A stretch of 63,097 bases of DNA, the filler included, from Octopus bimaculoides (lineage: Eukaryota), in assembly GCF_001194135.2 (NCBI RefSeq). It is 4 parts of 4 records of this genome, joined end to end, with 100 filler letters (N's around TTAATTAATTAA, not from the genome) between each part and the next. Parts side by side here need not be neighbours in the genome. Positions count along the whole stretch, not along the records: positions 29,024 to 55,348 come from NC_068985.1; 3 more parts are not named here. One strand, given 5' to 3'. Numbering within the stretch: the stretch's first letter is position 1; every line of letters begins with the position of its first letter. A model generated the notes under the pieces. The model searched no databases. It was given only the letters and a program-made list of their open reading frames with translations, and was not told where the DNA came from. The translations under genes and the position numbers were made by a program. Positions 36,450-49,120 of the stretch are shown piece after piece.

Positions 36450-39400
36450 ACTGCAAAACTAAGGAGTGAAACAAAGAGCGGCGGAGAGGGGTCGAACAAG
36501 GTACGTGTGCGACCCTTCAAAGGGCAGTGTTTTCGACGTCAGGATTCGCACATGGTGAGAGACTGCAAGGAACCCAGAACTGGAGTAAATTGCTATCGAT
36601 GCAGACAAATAGGTCACATCGCTCGTGAATGCGTGCAGGGAAACGGTTCAAGGGAGACTACTGCGCCGGTAGTCGTCCCGTCGAAAGAATAGAGGCACGT
36701 ATGCAGTCGTTGCCAGTACTAGAAGTCGTGGTGAATGGAAAGGTGTCACGAACCCTCGTGGACACGGGCTACTCAACAACCTTAATGACTCCGGAGGTGG
36801 TAAAAGAATGGAGTGGAGTGAGTAGTGTAAAGGCTGTTGACGGTACGGAAGTTAAATGCAGAGGAAGTAGCGATGTAGAGATGGTGGTACGAGGAACAAG
36901 ATTGAAGTTTCGTGCGATTGTGATTGACCACGTAGTGAACGGAATCGATGTGGTGATGGGGATGGACGCTATTGTCCGTTTGGGAGGTGTCACGGTCAAT
37001 GAAGCCGGTGTAGCGTTCAGTGATGCGGGGACGCTATGCGCTGTGAGTCCGCGACAGTAAAGTGGTGAGAGCTGCGAAGAAAAATATGCTGCACACACCA
37101 TCACAGACAAAGATTTTCGAGCTGTGTTCGATGGCCGGCAGTGGACAGTGGAATGGCACTGGAAGGGAGATCCTCCGACATTGAAAAACGCAGTAGGCTG
37201 CTATCAGCATACCCTGAAAGGGGATGCTAGAAGGGAGGGGTTGACCGGTGAATCAAGGAAGGTATTCTGATTCCTTGGAAGGAGGAAGTGGAGAGTGGAC
37301 TGCTACTACTGATGGCAGTGGTGCAGCCGACGAAGCATAAGGTCAGGCCAGTATTGGATTTCCGAGAGCTGAACGACCACGTATTATGCCATACGGGCGG
37401 CGAAGCTACAGACATTTGTAGCGAAACCTTGAAATTGTAGATTTGAAGTCGGCATACCTGCAGCTGCATGTGGCTGAGAGACTGTGGAGATATCAGCTGG
37501 TAAGGAATAAGGGACGGACATACTGCCTGACCAGGTTGGAATTCGGGTTGAATTTAGCACCGAAGATTATGGTGACGATTCTCAAAACCATCGACAAAGT
37601 GAAAAGAGCCACTAATTCCTATATTGATGACATGCTGGTAGACGAGAGCATAGTGTCGACAAATGAGGTCATAAACTATCTGAAGAGTTTTAGGTTAACT
37701 GCCAAACCGCCGGAGGCGATGGAAGGAGGAGCTGCACTGGGACTCAAGCTACGGAGAGACAAGGCCGGCGCGTTGGTGTTTCAGAGAGGGAATGAGATTC
37801 CAGAACTGGGGTCCAAGACGAGTAGGCGGGAACTGTTTTCTGTGTGTGGGAAGCTGCTTGGATACTATCCGATTGCAGGATGGCTCCGGACGGCATGCAG
37901 CTTCATCAAGAGGCGAGCTGAAGGAGTGAGATAGAGTGATAACGGAGGTGAGAAGACAACAGCCATGATACAAGAAGTCTTGGAGAGAGGGACTGTGGAG
38001 GACCCAGTAAGAGGAAACTGGTATGTGCCCAAATTGAAGAACGGGATCGTGTAGTGTAATGCGAGCAGCATAGCCACGGGACTTGTCCTGGAAATTGGAG
38101 GATGCAGCCTGGCTTAGGAAGAAGGACGACTGCAACCACATCAACGTGGCGGAGCTGGATGCCGTGTTGAAGGGGATGAACCTGGCTCTGAGATGGGAGC
38201 TGCGTACCATCGAGATCCGGACCGATTCGGCCACTGTACTTAGATGGGTGGGGTCAGTGATCACCGGTGAGCGGAAGGTGCGAACCAAAGGGGGCGCAGA
38301 GATGCTGATAAAACGCCGTTTGGGAATGCTGGGCGAGCTAGCTGCCGAGTTTGACCTAAGGTTTTGTGCCTTCTGAGAGGAATAGAGCGGACGTCCTGAC
38401 CAGAGTAAAGAAAGCATGGTTGCAGGTGCCAGAGGATCTGGAGCAAGGAGTGGCTGTAGTGTGTCGACTGAGTGACTCGGAGCTGAGGAGATTGCATACT
38501 ATGCATCACATGGGGGTGGACGGGACCCTGTTCCTAGCCAGGAAAGTTGACTCTGACGTGACCAAGCAGAGTTTGCAAAGAGTAGTTGGGAGCTGCAACA
38601 AGTGCCAGTCTATTGACCCCGCTCCGAGTGTGCATGAGGCAGGAAGCATTCCAGTGGAACACAACTGGAAACAACTGGCAGTGGACTTGACTCACTACGA
38701 GCAGAGGACATACCTCTCGATGGTCGACTGCGGACCGGGACGGTTGGCCGTATGGAGGAAGATGAAGACGGGGACCACAGAGGAAATCACAAGACTACTG
38801 AATGAGATATTCCTAGAACGAGGCCCCGTGGATGAGCAGCTTTGGCGCTGCGTTTCGCTCGGTGGTGCTGGGGGAAATGCTCGACAAGTGACATGTCAGC
38901 CGTTTCTTCAGAGCGACATACCGGCCAAGTGGCAATGGGGTTGTGGAGAGACATCATCGTACCATCAAGACCATAGCAGACAGGGCAACATCTCACCGGT
39001 CGAGGCCATTTTTTGCTATAATATGTCGCTCAGGACGGGACAGGCTGAGGAGTCAGTGCCACACTGGGTAATATTCAAGTACGAGTGGAGACATCCATGT
39101 ACCGCATCGCCGCATCCCGCAGAAGAGAAAGAGCATGCCTTTGTGCAGGTCGGGGAAGAACGCACGGTGCATATCACAGTGAGGAAAGGGGACAATAACC
39201 TCTGTGAATTCGAGGAACAATGTATCCGTAGATGGCATGCCACGTCATGTGTTGGATGTGTGCAGGATCATCATTGCGACGGAGGATGGAGCCAACAGTA
39301 ATGGACAAGAGGACGGAGCCGGCAACAACAAGCCAGGAACTGAGGTCAGTCCTGAAGTCCCACGGCGGTCACAGAGGGAGCGGTGCCCTCCTCACTGGCT

Positions 39401-39496
39401 GGCTGATTGCGAGACAAGTTAAGGTTTGTGGTCAGAGATGAGGAGAGGGTTTGTGGTCAGAGATGAGGCAGGTTGGTTGAATGATCTTCAGATCAG
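36450..39496 (+). mobile_element. Decayed Ty3/gypsy LTR retrotransposon (gag end, PR, RT, RNase H, IN); 5'-truncated
   Basis: Two CCHC knuckles; LVDTG protease; DLKSAYLQL and YIDD RT; INVAELDAV and IRTDSA RNase H; H..HH..C..C and WKQLAVDL integrase. Order PR-RT-RH-IN. Purine tract GAGGAGAGGG near 39440, followed by TGTGG. Many stops and frameshifts. Confidence 0.93.
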
Positions 39497-39974
39497 NNNN
39501 NNNNNNNNNNNNNNNNNNNNNNNNNNNNNNNNNNNNNNNNNNNNNNNNNNNNNNNNNNNNNNNNNNNNNNNNNNNNNNNNNNNNNNNNNNNNNNNNNNNN
39601 NNNNNNNNNNNNNNNNNNNNNNNNNNNNNNNNNNNNNNNNNNNNNNNNNNNNNNNNNNNNNNNNNNNNNNNNNNNNNNNNNNNNNNNNNNNNNNNNNNNN
39701 NNNNNNNNNNNNNNNNNNNNNNNNNNNNNNNNNNNNNNNNNNNNNNNNNNNNNNNNNNNNNNNNNNNNNNNNNNNNNNNNNNNNNNNNNNNNNNNNNNNN
39801 NNNNNNNNNNNNNNNNNNNNNNCTTTTCGCTTCCGTCTTTTTCTTCAACAGTTAAATAATTTAAAAGAAACGTGGAAGAATTGCGATGGAGTGCTTGTTC
39901 TTCCTCATTTAAGAAATGCATGATTGCCACACAATTCAGCCATGTCTTCATACAGACACACACACACACCTAAC

Positions 39975-40460
39975 TGTATTCGATATACCCGGCGTGGATA
40001 ACTAGCCAAATCGAGAGCAACCTTGGTATTTAATATATGTAACAATACAGTTATAAGTGCTACCAGGGTACCACAAAACTTACCAAATGTAGAAATATAT
40101 TAATGTACTCCAAACTTATATAAAACAACGCACATGCACACACCTACCTATACTTCGTGTAAGTTTATGCTCGATATAACAGGCGTGGATAACCAGTCAA
40201 GTCGTGGGCTACCCTGATAATTAAAATATATAACAATACAATTATAGGCGGTTTTACATTTGTCACAATGATATGTACCACCAGGGTGCCACCAAGCTTA
40301 TTGAATATAAGAAGGCTGTTTTTCCTGAGATGTATATTAAACAACATTCAGACATTTGTGCTCGATATAAACAGGCGTAGATAGCCAACCAAGTCGGGGG
40401 CCAACTTAGTATTTAAAATACTAAAAAGCACAGAAAAATATGTAATACACTAACACACAG
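39975..40460. repeat. Diverged tandem repeat, about 190 bp x 3
   Basis: Units begin near 39977, 40168 and 40358 with TCGATATA..C(A)GGCGT(G/A)GATA. Confidence 0.7.
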
Positions 40461-40729
40461 AAAAATTAAAACAAAACACGTGGGTGAAAAGAATCTTGTG
40501 CTGTGAAGAATTAAGTGTGAAAAATCAACATAGACAACAGCGGCACAGACAGCAGTGAACCACGACGCAGCGGCAAAATACAAGTAGTAGCAACGATAGT
40601 GACAATGACAACAGCAACAGTAATGACAATGTGTACAACAGCAGCAGCAACAGTAACAACAGATACGGTAGAAACAATAATAACAGTAACAGCATCAGCA
40701 AGAATGTGAACAACAATAGCGAAAACGAG

Positions 40730-40945
40730 GGATCTTTTCCTTTTCATGGGCAACTCGATTAATTAATTTTCTTTAACTAAACACTTTGAAACTTCGTATA
40801 CTGGTAGAATGTGTCATATAGAACATCTACTCTTAGCATTGTTGAGAAAAGTTTCTATTTTCAAAGTTATTTCGTGTTGAAGTTGTCGTATTTCGGTAAT
40901 TTCAACCAATCAATGACGTATTCAGCTGAATAAAATTACTGCCTT
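40730..40945 (+). mobile_element. Relative of the telomeric-repeat MITE, left fragment
   Basis: GGATCTTTTCC terminus; body similar to 35998-36200. Confidence 0.7.
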
Positions 40946-42315
40946 GGGTATGTGCTGTGGTTTGTTTTTGGTGTTGTTATTTTCTGTATGTTAAATTTTT
41001 TCGTAAGTCCTATCGTTTTGATTATGTATTTGTCTGAGTATTTTTTAATCATACCTAATGCACTTATTATAGGGATTGTTTCTGTTTTTAGGCTTTGCTA
41101 TCGAGTTATCTCTATTTCCAGATCTTTGTATTTTGAGTTCCTCTGTTTCTTTTAAAGGTACAGCGTCATTTGTTAGGATTGATACATCGATTAGCAGGCA
41201 CTTTTTCTTGATGACCTCTGACAACTGTGTCCGGTCTATTAGCTTCGATCTCTATCTGTGTGTATTGGGCATATCCCAGAATATGGTTGCTTTGTCATTT
41301 TCTGGGATATGCCTATACCATCTATTTTCTGTTGTCATTCCATAGTGTTGGCATAGCTTCCAGTGTATATGTATCCCTTCTTAGCCTTCTTAGCCAGAAC
41401 TGGGCAACCAGAGAAAATATGATTTATTGTTTCTTCCCTATCATAACATATTCTGCAATTACTTATTGTGTTTTTCTTCATTATGTGTTTCTGGTGGGGA
41501 AGTTTTGATCTTGTACTGCAATTAAAAATGTTTCACTCTCTGCTTCGAGTCCTGAGTTTCTCAACCATTGCTGGGATTTTACTTTGTCTATTTCTTTTCT
41601 GATTAGCTCATCCCAGTATTTGCAATGTAAGGGCTTTTCTAGCCATCGTTTTATCACGGTAATTTGTTGTTCCAGTTTCAGTTGCTTCAGAGCTTTTGTT
41701 GTTTCATCTTTTTCTTCATTGTCGTTAGGCACTACGACATCTTTTTTTTTTCAGCTCTTTTAAAACAGAAAACAGTTTTTTGCTTTGCTCATGTTTTGTG
41801 GCTATTTGTACCAGTTTTCCTTGGTTCTGAGTTAGATATTTCTGCAATCCTGTATTGGTTATTTTATAGTAGTTTTGTAGTTGTATAAGGCCTCTACCAC
41901 CTTCAATTTATTGTATATATAACATTTCAATGTCAGATTTTGGGTGGTGTATTCTAAATTCTGTCATCTTGTTTACATGTCGAGTTTGGTTAGTTCATTT
42001 AGTGTCCAATTAAGAATATTCTAACTGCAACTGGGACAGCTAGAATATTGATACTTATCTTGTTTTTCGCATTGAGCTGTTTTAAGTATTAATCTAACTC
42101 TTCTATAGTATTCCTTCCTTATCTTCTTTTTCATTTGTGTGTATTGTAACGTATTTAGTTCATTTATTCCTAAAGTATTTGGATGTCTGGGTTTAGTCTA
42201 ATTCTCTGATTTCATTTTCTTTATCTAGTGTGATATTGTTACTCTTAATTAGTTTTCCTCTTTACAAGTTTGCTTTGACACATTTGTCTAAGCTGAATTT
42301 CATATTTATTTCATT
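40946..42315 (-). mobile_element. R4/Dong-type (RLE) LINE, 5'-truncated and decayed
   Basis: KFSLDKC, HHPKSDIE..GGRGLIQL, SQQWL..ESETFLIAVQDQ, CRICYDREETINHIFSGC, NRPDTVV...IDVSI (PD..D nuclease), KYKDL. Confidence 0.85.
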
Positions 42316-42650
42316 GCTTTATTGTAGGTTCTATGTGGTCTGCTAACATTTGCATACCCATGCTTCGGTTCCCAGAGAAGAAAGTCGCTGATGATCTCAT
42401 CATTTGCTCTCCAGCAATGTCCAGCGAATCGTTACCCTTCTTTGATGACATGTAATATTGGTGGTAAATACCATATAGAAGTTCTTTCGTAGAGTGTTGT
42501 GTTCAGAGCAGCACGAAGTATTCTTGTATAAGTTTCATCAATTTTCTTCTCAAGATGCTTTGTTAAAGTCCAGTAACGAAGTCAACCTCAAAACCTAACC
42601 TTTTGAAACGTAGAGTAGATAACTTGATATTCCACAGTTCTGTAATGTAC
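42316..42650 (-). mobile_element. RTE/RTEX-like LINE C-terminal fragment
   Basis: WTLTKHLEKKIDETYTRILRAAL...RFAGHCWRANDEIISDFLLWEPKHG. Confidence 0.7.
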
Positions 42651-43869
42651 TAATTATTCTTTCACTGTAATAACTCGATGGTTGAGGTAGGTAAACTTTA
42701 TAAGAAATGTCTCGGAAATGCTATTTTAATTGTAAATGAAAAAAATAGTTCAATCAAAAATTTATTATAATCGGTAATTTTCCTTAAATTACCAAAATGG
42801 AAAAGTTCACTTTTGAAGCCTTTGGTGTTTAGCAACCGAACTTGAAGTGTTTGGTAAAAACTGATGTTTCTATGTTTAGAATGAACAACGCCTCAAAAGT
42901 TGTCCCGACAACCGCACACTAAACAAAATTGTAAATAAATTCTTTCGATTCTTTTATACTTTTACAACTTTTATACTTTTGCTCCATCTTTAATGGTTTT
43001 AGTCGATCATATTGACCTCCGTACATATTTTAGTGATCTCTATTCATCGAATAGCTAGGTTAGTGTTTTAGTCAAAATGATGTTACATGCACACACACAC
43101 ACACACATACGTATGCATACAAACACACTCACACACGTGCACACACACGTATATTATGAAGGTTTCTGCGCAGTTTCTGTTTACTAACTCTTACTCGCAA
43201 AGTATTAGTCAATCTGAAGCTATAGTATAAGACACTTGCCCAAGATACTACGCAATGGAATCGAACCTAGACCCACGTGATTGCGAAGTGAACTTTTTAA
43301 CCATACTGCTATTTCTGCACCTAGTGTGAATATAGGGTACTTTTAATTAGCAAATTATTATGTTTATATTTATTTTTTTATCTTTCAGAATTTGATTCCA
43401 TGCCACTTGCTAAAAAGTTTTGAAGAATAACAATTTCAAGAGGACCTGTGTCACATAAATGTATTATTAGAGAGAAAAAAGAAACCAGCTAACAATATTT
43501 TTTTTCGTTCCGGAAATTTAGTGGTCACAGAGTGAATTACATTGGGAAGTTTGGCGGCAAAATACGACTAAGTGAAATAGTCTTGTGTATTTAGGAAGTG
43601 ATGTATACGTACATACATTACAGCTTTTAGCATCATTAATTAAGAAGTTTTAATGGGTCAATTAGGGGAGGAAATGGAAGCACCCATTACCCTTTGTAGG
43701 TTCTCCATAACTCGTGAGAGGAATAAGGATTAGATGGCAGACCTAACCTGAAATATTTGCAATACAGAGGATTACACTATATGCATTGAAGGGTTAGGTG
43801 TTGGTGTTAAACTGAGTGTGAGGATAAGCCGAGCTATAAGCCATTAAATTTGACCGAGAGAGAAATACT

Positions 43870-44200
43870 AAGATTCACAAAATATAATTTCTTGGGACAG
43901 AAAAATTGTAATGAAACGAACAACATTTTCAAATTGTTTAAACATGCAAATCACTGACAGCGAAAAATCCCACTAAAAGTAGGATACTTTTAGAAACTGA
44001 GAATAAAATATAGCCCACATATGGAAGTGAGGGAGCAAAGAGGGGAAACCGGGGCCGTAGAAATCATAAAAACGAACCTTAAAGTTTTCTACAAATTAGC
44101 AAAAAGAAAAAGAAAAATCAGCTTCAGGGCATCAGGAAATAAGGAATCACATACTGTCAGTAGATTCTGACCCATAAACAATTGAAAAGTGTTTTCATTA
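43870..44200 (+). mobile_element. Old CR1/L2-like LINE relic
   Basis: Weak translation ..IIKTNLKVFYKLAKRKRK.., resembling the EN-RT linker. Confidence 0.3.
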
Positions 44201-44719
44201 CCTTCTGTAAATAAATAAAGCAGATTAATTATTTTTTTTTATCTCTAATTGTCTTAAGAATATGCAAATATGTCTCTAAAAAAGGTATCTGTGTCTCGCA
44301 CAATATGTCCGCCATTTTGTTTGCTGAGATCCGCTGCAGAGTGCTTTTCGGTTGCACTCTACTCCCTTACTCGAGAGTAGCGGCAAATTTGCTTCTTTCC
44401 TTTTCTTTTCGAAAAAGACCCTAGGAACGCAATCTTTTTTATGATATGAAAATCAATAGGAAAATTGATTTCGCATTACGGAATTTTGCGTTACGGTCAG
44501 ATTTTAAGGAACGCATTACTTCCGTAAAGCGATAGATTCCTTTATAAACACGCACACGCATGTCTGTATTAAGACAGTAGAGGGAGAGACTGAGAGAGAG
44601 AGGGTGGAGAAAGAGTCACAATTTGAATATGTGTGTGTGTGTGTGTGTGCGTTAAATAAAATGAGACAACAAAGCCAAAGCTGTGTAGAATTTTCAGTAC
44701 ATTTATAAAGAGGAAGTTA

Positions 44720-44767
44720 GTCTTACAGCTGTTTCTGGGATATTAGGGATATCCCTTCATCAGAGAC
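44720..44767 (-). ncRNA. Minimal type-I hammerhead ribozyme motif
   Basis: GUCU-CUGAUGA-A-GGGAUA(UCCCUAA)UAUCCC-A-GAAA-CAGCUG-UA-AGAC: 4-bp stem I, 6-bp stem II, palindromic stem III ACAGCUGU, GUA cleavage triplet. Confidence 0.75.
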
Positions 44768-45129
44768 GATGTGAGATGGTTAAATAGAGGGAAATATTAG
44801 TGTTCAATATAGGATCGAAGGTTGTATGTATTGGTGTTATTTTCGGTCCGGTTGTTACGGTTGTCGTGGAAGAAGGCTTTCCACCGCATTCTTCGGATGA
44901 GGTCCTTAGTTTTGGTTGGCATTTCTCTTAAGGACATACCCATTCCTTAACAAACAAACTTTCCTCTTACTCCTACTCACCAAATCTAAGGAGCTCATTC
45001 GAAGAATGCGGTGGAAAGCCTTCTTCCACGACAACCGTAACAACCGGACCAATAATAACACCAATACATACAATCTTCGATCCTATATTGAACTCTAATA
45101 TTTTCCCTCTATTTAACCAGCTCACATCA

Positions 45130-45175
45130 TCTCTGATGAAGGGATATCCATAATATCCCAGAAACAGCTGTAAGA
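45130..45175 (+). ncRNA. Minimal type-I hammerhead ribozyme motif (second arm)
   Basis: UCU-CUGAUGA-A-GGGAUA(UCCAUAA)UAUCCC-A-GAAA-CAGCUG-UA-AGA; predicted cleavage after A45172. Confidence 0.72.
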
Positions 45176-45242
45176 CTAGCTTTCTCTTTATAAATGTCCA
45201 GAAAATTCCACATAGCCTTGGTATTGTTGTCTTATTTTATTT

Positions 45243-45378
45243 AACCACATGGTTCCGGGTTCTGTCCCACTGCATGGCACCTTGGGCAAGTGTCTTCTAC
45301 TATAGCTTTGGGTCGACCAAAGCCTTGTGAGTGGATTTGGTAGACGGAAACTGAAAAGAAGCCTGTCATATATGTATG

Positions 45379-45415
<37 letters not shown>

Positions 45416-45620
45416 TTGTGTGTCTGTGTTTTTCCCCCAACATCGCTTGACAACCGATTGTGGTGTGTTTACGTTCCCGTAAATTAGCGGTTCGGCAAAA
45501 GAGACCGATAGAATAAGTACTAGGCTTACAAAGAATAATCCTGGGGTCCATTTGTTCGACTAAAGGCGATGCTCCAGCATGGCCGCAGTCAAATGACTGA
45601 AGCAAGTAAAAAAGTAAAGA
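45243..45620 (+). mobile_element. SINE family A, 5'-truncated
   Basis: Begins within the head (AACCACATGGTTCCGGG) and runs to the tail. Confidence 0.85.
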
Positions 45621-45760
45621 GAGTATGCTCATACAAGACCCGCGTTAGACTCCTCACTCGTATCATTATCGGACCGAGAGTTTAACTACGGTCCTTCCAT
45701 AGCACTTACATAGCGTTACCTGCTACCTTGGGTCTTCCGGATACCAATACCTCTCATACC

Positions 45761-45810
<50 letters not shown>

Positions 45811-45996
45811 TGTATGTCTGTATGTCTGTCTGTATGTATGTATACGTGTAAGTCTTTGTGTTTGCTTTCCAACACCGACTGGAAACCAGTGTTAGCAAGA
45901 GACCAATAGAAGTACCAGGCTAAAAAAACAAATCACAGCGGTCAATTTGTTCGATTGAATCCTTTAAGGCTTTTGAGGTTGGTCATGCACTAAATA

Positions 45997-47218
45997 CGAG
46001 GGACAGCTTAAAAGTTTATTGGCCGACCAAAATACTCTCATGGAATGTAACCAAATGAAGTTTATTTTTCAACATAGTCCCTACTTACGTTCCACACACA
46101 TATTCCATCGGTGTTGCAGTACCTGAATCCCATTGGTGCAGATACTTTCACCCTGTTGGTGAAAAAAGTCATTAACTGCAGATATGACATCATCATCACT
46201 GCGATACTGGTTCTCAGCCAAGTGTTTTTCATGTTGGCGAAGTGATGATAGTCAGATGGGGCCAAATCAGGAGATTATGGAGGGTGATCAACAAATTCAA
46301 AGCTACAGTCACGCACAGCAGCTGTTGAAACCAAGGACAAGTGTGTTGGAGCATTGTCCTTGCGAAAGAAGACCCCTTTCGTCAGTTTTTCTAGACGTTT
46401 GTTAATTGCCTCAGTAAGTTGGCATAGTACTCCCCATTGATGATGTGGCCCTTTTGAATATAGTTAATAAACACATAGCGTTTTGATACCAAATAACTGT
46501 AGTCACCACTGCAGATGAAACGACCTTGGTTTTCTTTCGAGCAGCTGAGGAGGGATGTTTCCACTGCATGGGTTGTCATCACGGGTTAGAAAACGTTCAA
46601 GGAGACTAGTTGGCACTGCCTCATTGTCAGATTTTCCCCGTCATGTGATCAGCCTGGTGCACTTTTGATCAGGTGTCCGAAGACGTGGCACCCATCGAGC
46701 TATAAACCTTCGTCGTGCGAAGTTGTGCAGATTATTCTCAACAATCTTACGGGATATGCTAATAACATTGGCTATTTGATTTATAGTCAATCGCCTGTTA
46801 TCCATCAACATGTGGTGAATACGATCAACATTTTCCTCGGTGGTGGCAGTTATAGGACATCCAGACATTAGGTCATCTTCAAGACTTTCTTTCCTCTCCT
46901 AAATTCAGCTACCCACTTTTGCATCGTTGATAAAGCTGGAACGTCACCCTGTAATGTAGCAACTATATCTGCATGAACGTCCTAGTGGGCTAAAAGCCTT
47001 TTTCTGAAGGTACATGAAAATACTACGATGCCATATTTTATCTATTTTCATGAGAAGTTACTACTAGTTGTTTTTGAAGTCTTCTTTGAACAGTCAGATG
47101 TCAATTTACTTGAAAGGAAATAATGCAGTTATTAATATGTAGAGTTGAAATAAATGAATGTAAGATTTCTAGCATCACTCCTTCATAGTCAGTCTATGAA
47201 CTTTTCAGACCACCCTCA
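45997..47218 (-). mobile_element. Full-length decayed mariner
   Basis: TA flanks; TIRs CGAGGG..AAAAGTT / AACTTTTC..CCCTCA; WVPR, ..APSDYH and DYVEK motifs. Confidence 0.9.
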
Positions 47219-47399
47219 TACTTATTGGTTGAGTTAATTCCTTTTTTTAAATTGTTTTATTAAGAGAACCAAATAAGTTTCGTGACATGGTCATGGGAGT
47301 TGCTGTTTTAATGTATTTAAAAACATTTTTGAAATGTACAAAAATTATTATTTACACAACTCATTTATAATTCAGTTCTTCGATCTTTTAGGGTAAGCG

Positions 47400-48470
47400 T
47401 ATTTATTACACCCGCTTAAAAAATTTCTGTTTTTATCAGTTGTTTGAGTAAATCTTTTTCAATTGACATAAGAACCAACCCTGAATATCTTTTCTCTCCT
47501 GTTGTATTTCTTTGGTAAACTTTAATTCTCTTCAATGCAGAAATGAACCACTCTACAAAAGCAGCTGTAGACGGAATTGTCAAAAATAAGGTTGCTAAGA
47601 TTGAAGAGTTCTGGTTTAACTTCAATCAGATCAATGATATGAATGTAATGCATTAAATCACTCACACTTTACTTTTTAAAATCTTGCATATAGTACACAG
47701 CATTTAATTCACTCTGAAATCGTATTGTGTCAAAAAAAACTACCATAAGTTTTTAAAGAATTTAAAGCATCCACTGGAAATTTTTTGCGATATTCTTCAG
47801 TTTTGCTGAAGTTGAAAAGACGGATAAGTATCATGTTTTTAATTGGTCAACCATTGTGCCAATAATTTTGTTATAGAACATTCTATAATGTTGTTGGGGA
47901 TCAATAGATTTATTCCTGGATCTCTTAATTTCGATTGTTGCATCGATTCCATATTTTCCCCCTAACACATCATAAAATATAGAAAAATCATCGAGTTTAT
48001 TTCTGAGCACTGTTCCAATTTTTAGCTATTTGCTCTTTGGAATACACCATGTCATTGACTTTCCGTCTGAAGGATGTTAAGTAAGAAATCAGTGAAAGAA
48101 AATATGTCATTAAATACTACTAATTAAAATAATCGGGAGCTTTTAAATTATGTAAGAATCTAATTGCAGAATTTATTGTGGTCTCATCCCATGCTTTAGG
48201 ATTTTCAATGATTTCTTCAAAAAGGATGATTATGAAATTACAAGACTTGAGGAGTAGTTCTATCTAATTCCTGTAGCTTTGGGAAATCTTTTTTTAACTG
48301 TTATCTAACGCATAACCCTTTTGGGTGAATTCGTAATAAATGTACCCAGTTCATTTATTATAGAAAAAATATTTTGCAGTAATTTATAGAAGAGCATGCG
48401 AAGAAATTTATTCGAAGAAATTTATTAATGATTTTACCAAGGGTTCAGCGCGGAAATAAAAACATTACAA
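47400..48470 (-). mobile_element. hAT transposase remnant (ZMYM1-like)
   Basis: LFLTIPSTAAFVEWFISALKRIKVYQRNTTGEKRYSGLVLMSIEK matches the hAT dimerisation domain. Confidence 0.7.
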
Positions 48471-48485
48471 ATATTTTAATAATTA

Positions 48486-49105
48486 TCTATACATATAAAT
48501 TTGAAACGGGCGAATCTTTCTTGTTTTAGGATTCACGATCAAACGGCTGGGTGGAATTGCACGAAAAATTACACATGTGTGTAGAATGATCCGGTGGTGA
48601 AGCTGGGCTTTGTATTTTTTCATAACTCCCATGGTTACCGAGATAACCTACTATAATAATACTCTTGTGTTTATGAATGAGAAAGGAAGGGGTGACAGAT
48701 GAATAAGGAAGGAAGAGGTGATGTTATACTTGGTAGTGGGATGATGAAAATTGTACGCTGAAAAAATAAATCAAGCAGCGTTTCAATTCTGTGTGAATAT
48801 ATGTGTGTGTATGTGAATGTGTGCGTGTACGTGTGTTTGTATGTTTGTGTGTGTGAGCGCGTGCGCGCGCGCAATGGAAGTGGGATGGTTCATCTTTGTT
48901 CGCTTAGTATTTGGGTTTATTTTTTGATTTGACTGAATCTGTTTTTTTTTGTTTTTTGTTGGTCAGTTATTTTTAACGTTTTGACAGAAAAAAGTCATTC
49001 TAAAATTGTTTTTTAACGTAAGCGTGCCCAAACAAGTCGAACACGGAGCAGGTCTTACAGCCGCATAATCCAAACTGACCGGGTGAAACCGGGCTTAGCT
49101 GCTAG
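48486..49105 (+). mobile_element. Non-autonomous Helitron
   Basis: 5' A|TCTATACATATAAA; 3' hairpin CCGGGTGAAACCGGG, then CTAG (49102-49105). Confidence 0.6.
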
Positions 49106-49120
49106 AATACATATATATAT

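Larger units (their letters stand above)
44651..45245. mobile_element. Penelope-like element-derived foldback (about 265-bp arms, 63-bp spacer)
   Basis: Arms 44651-44915 and 44979-45245. Plus strand encodes SLKDIPIP/NKQTFLLLLLTKSKELIRRMRWKAFF (one frameshift), a PLE ORF N-terminal signature. Confidence 0.85.
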
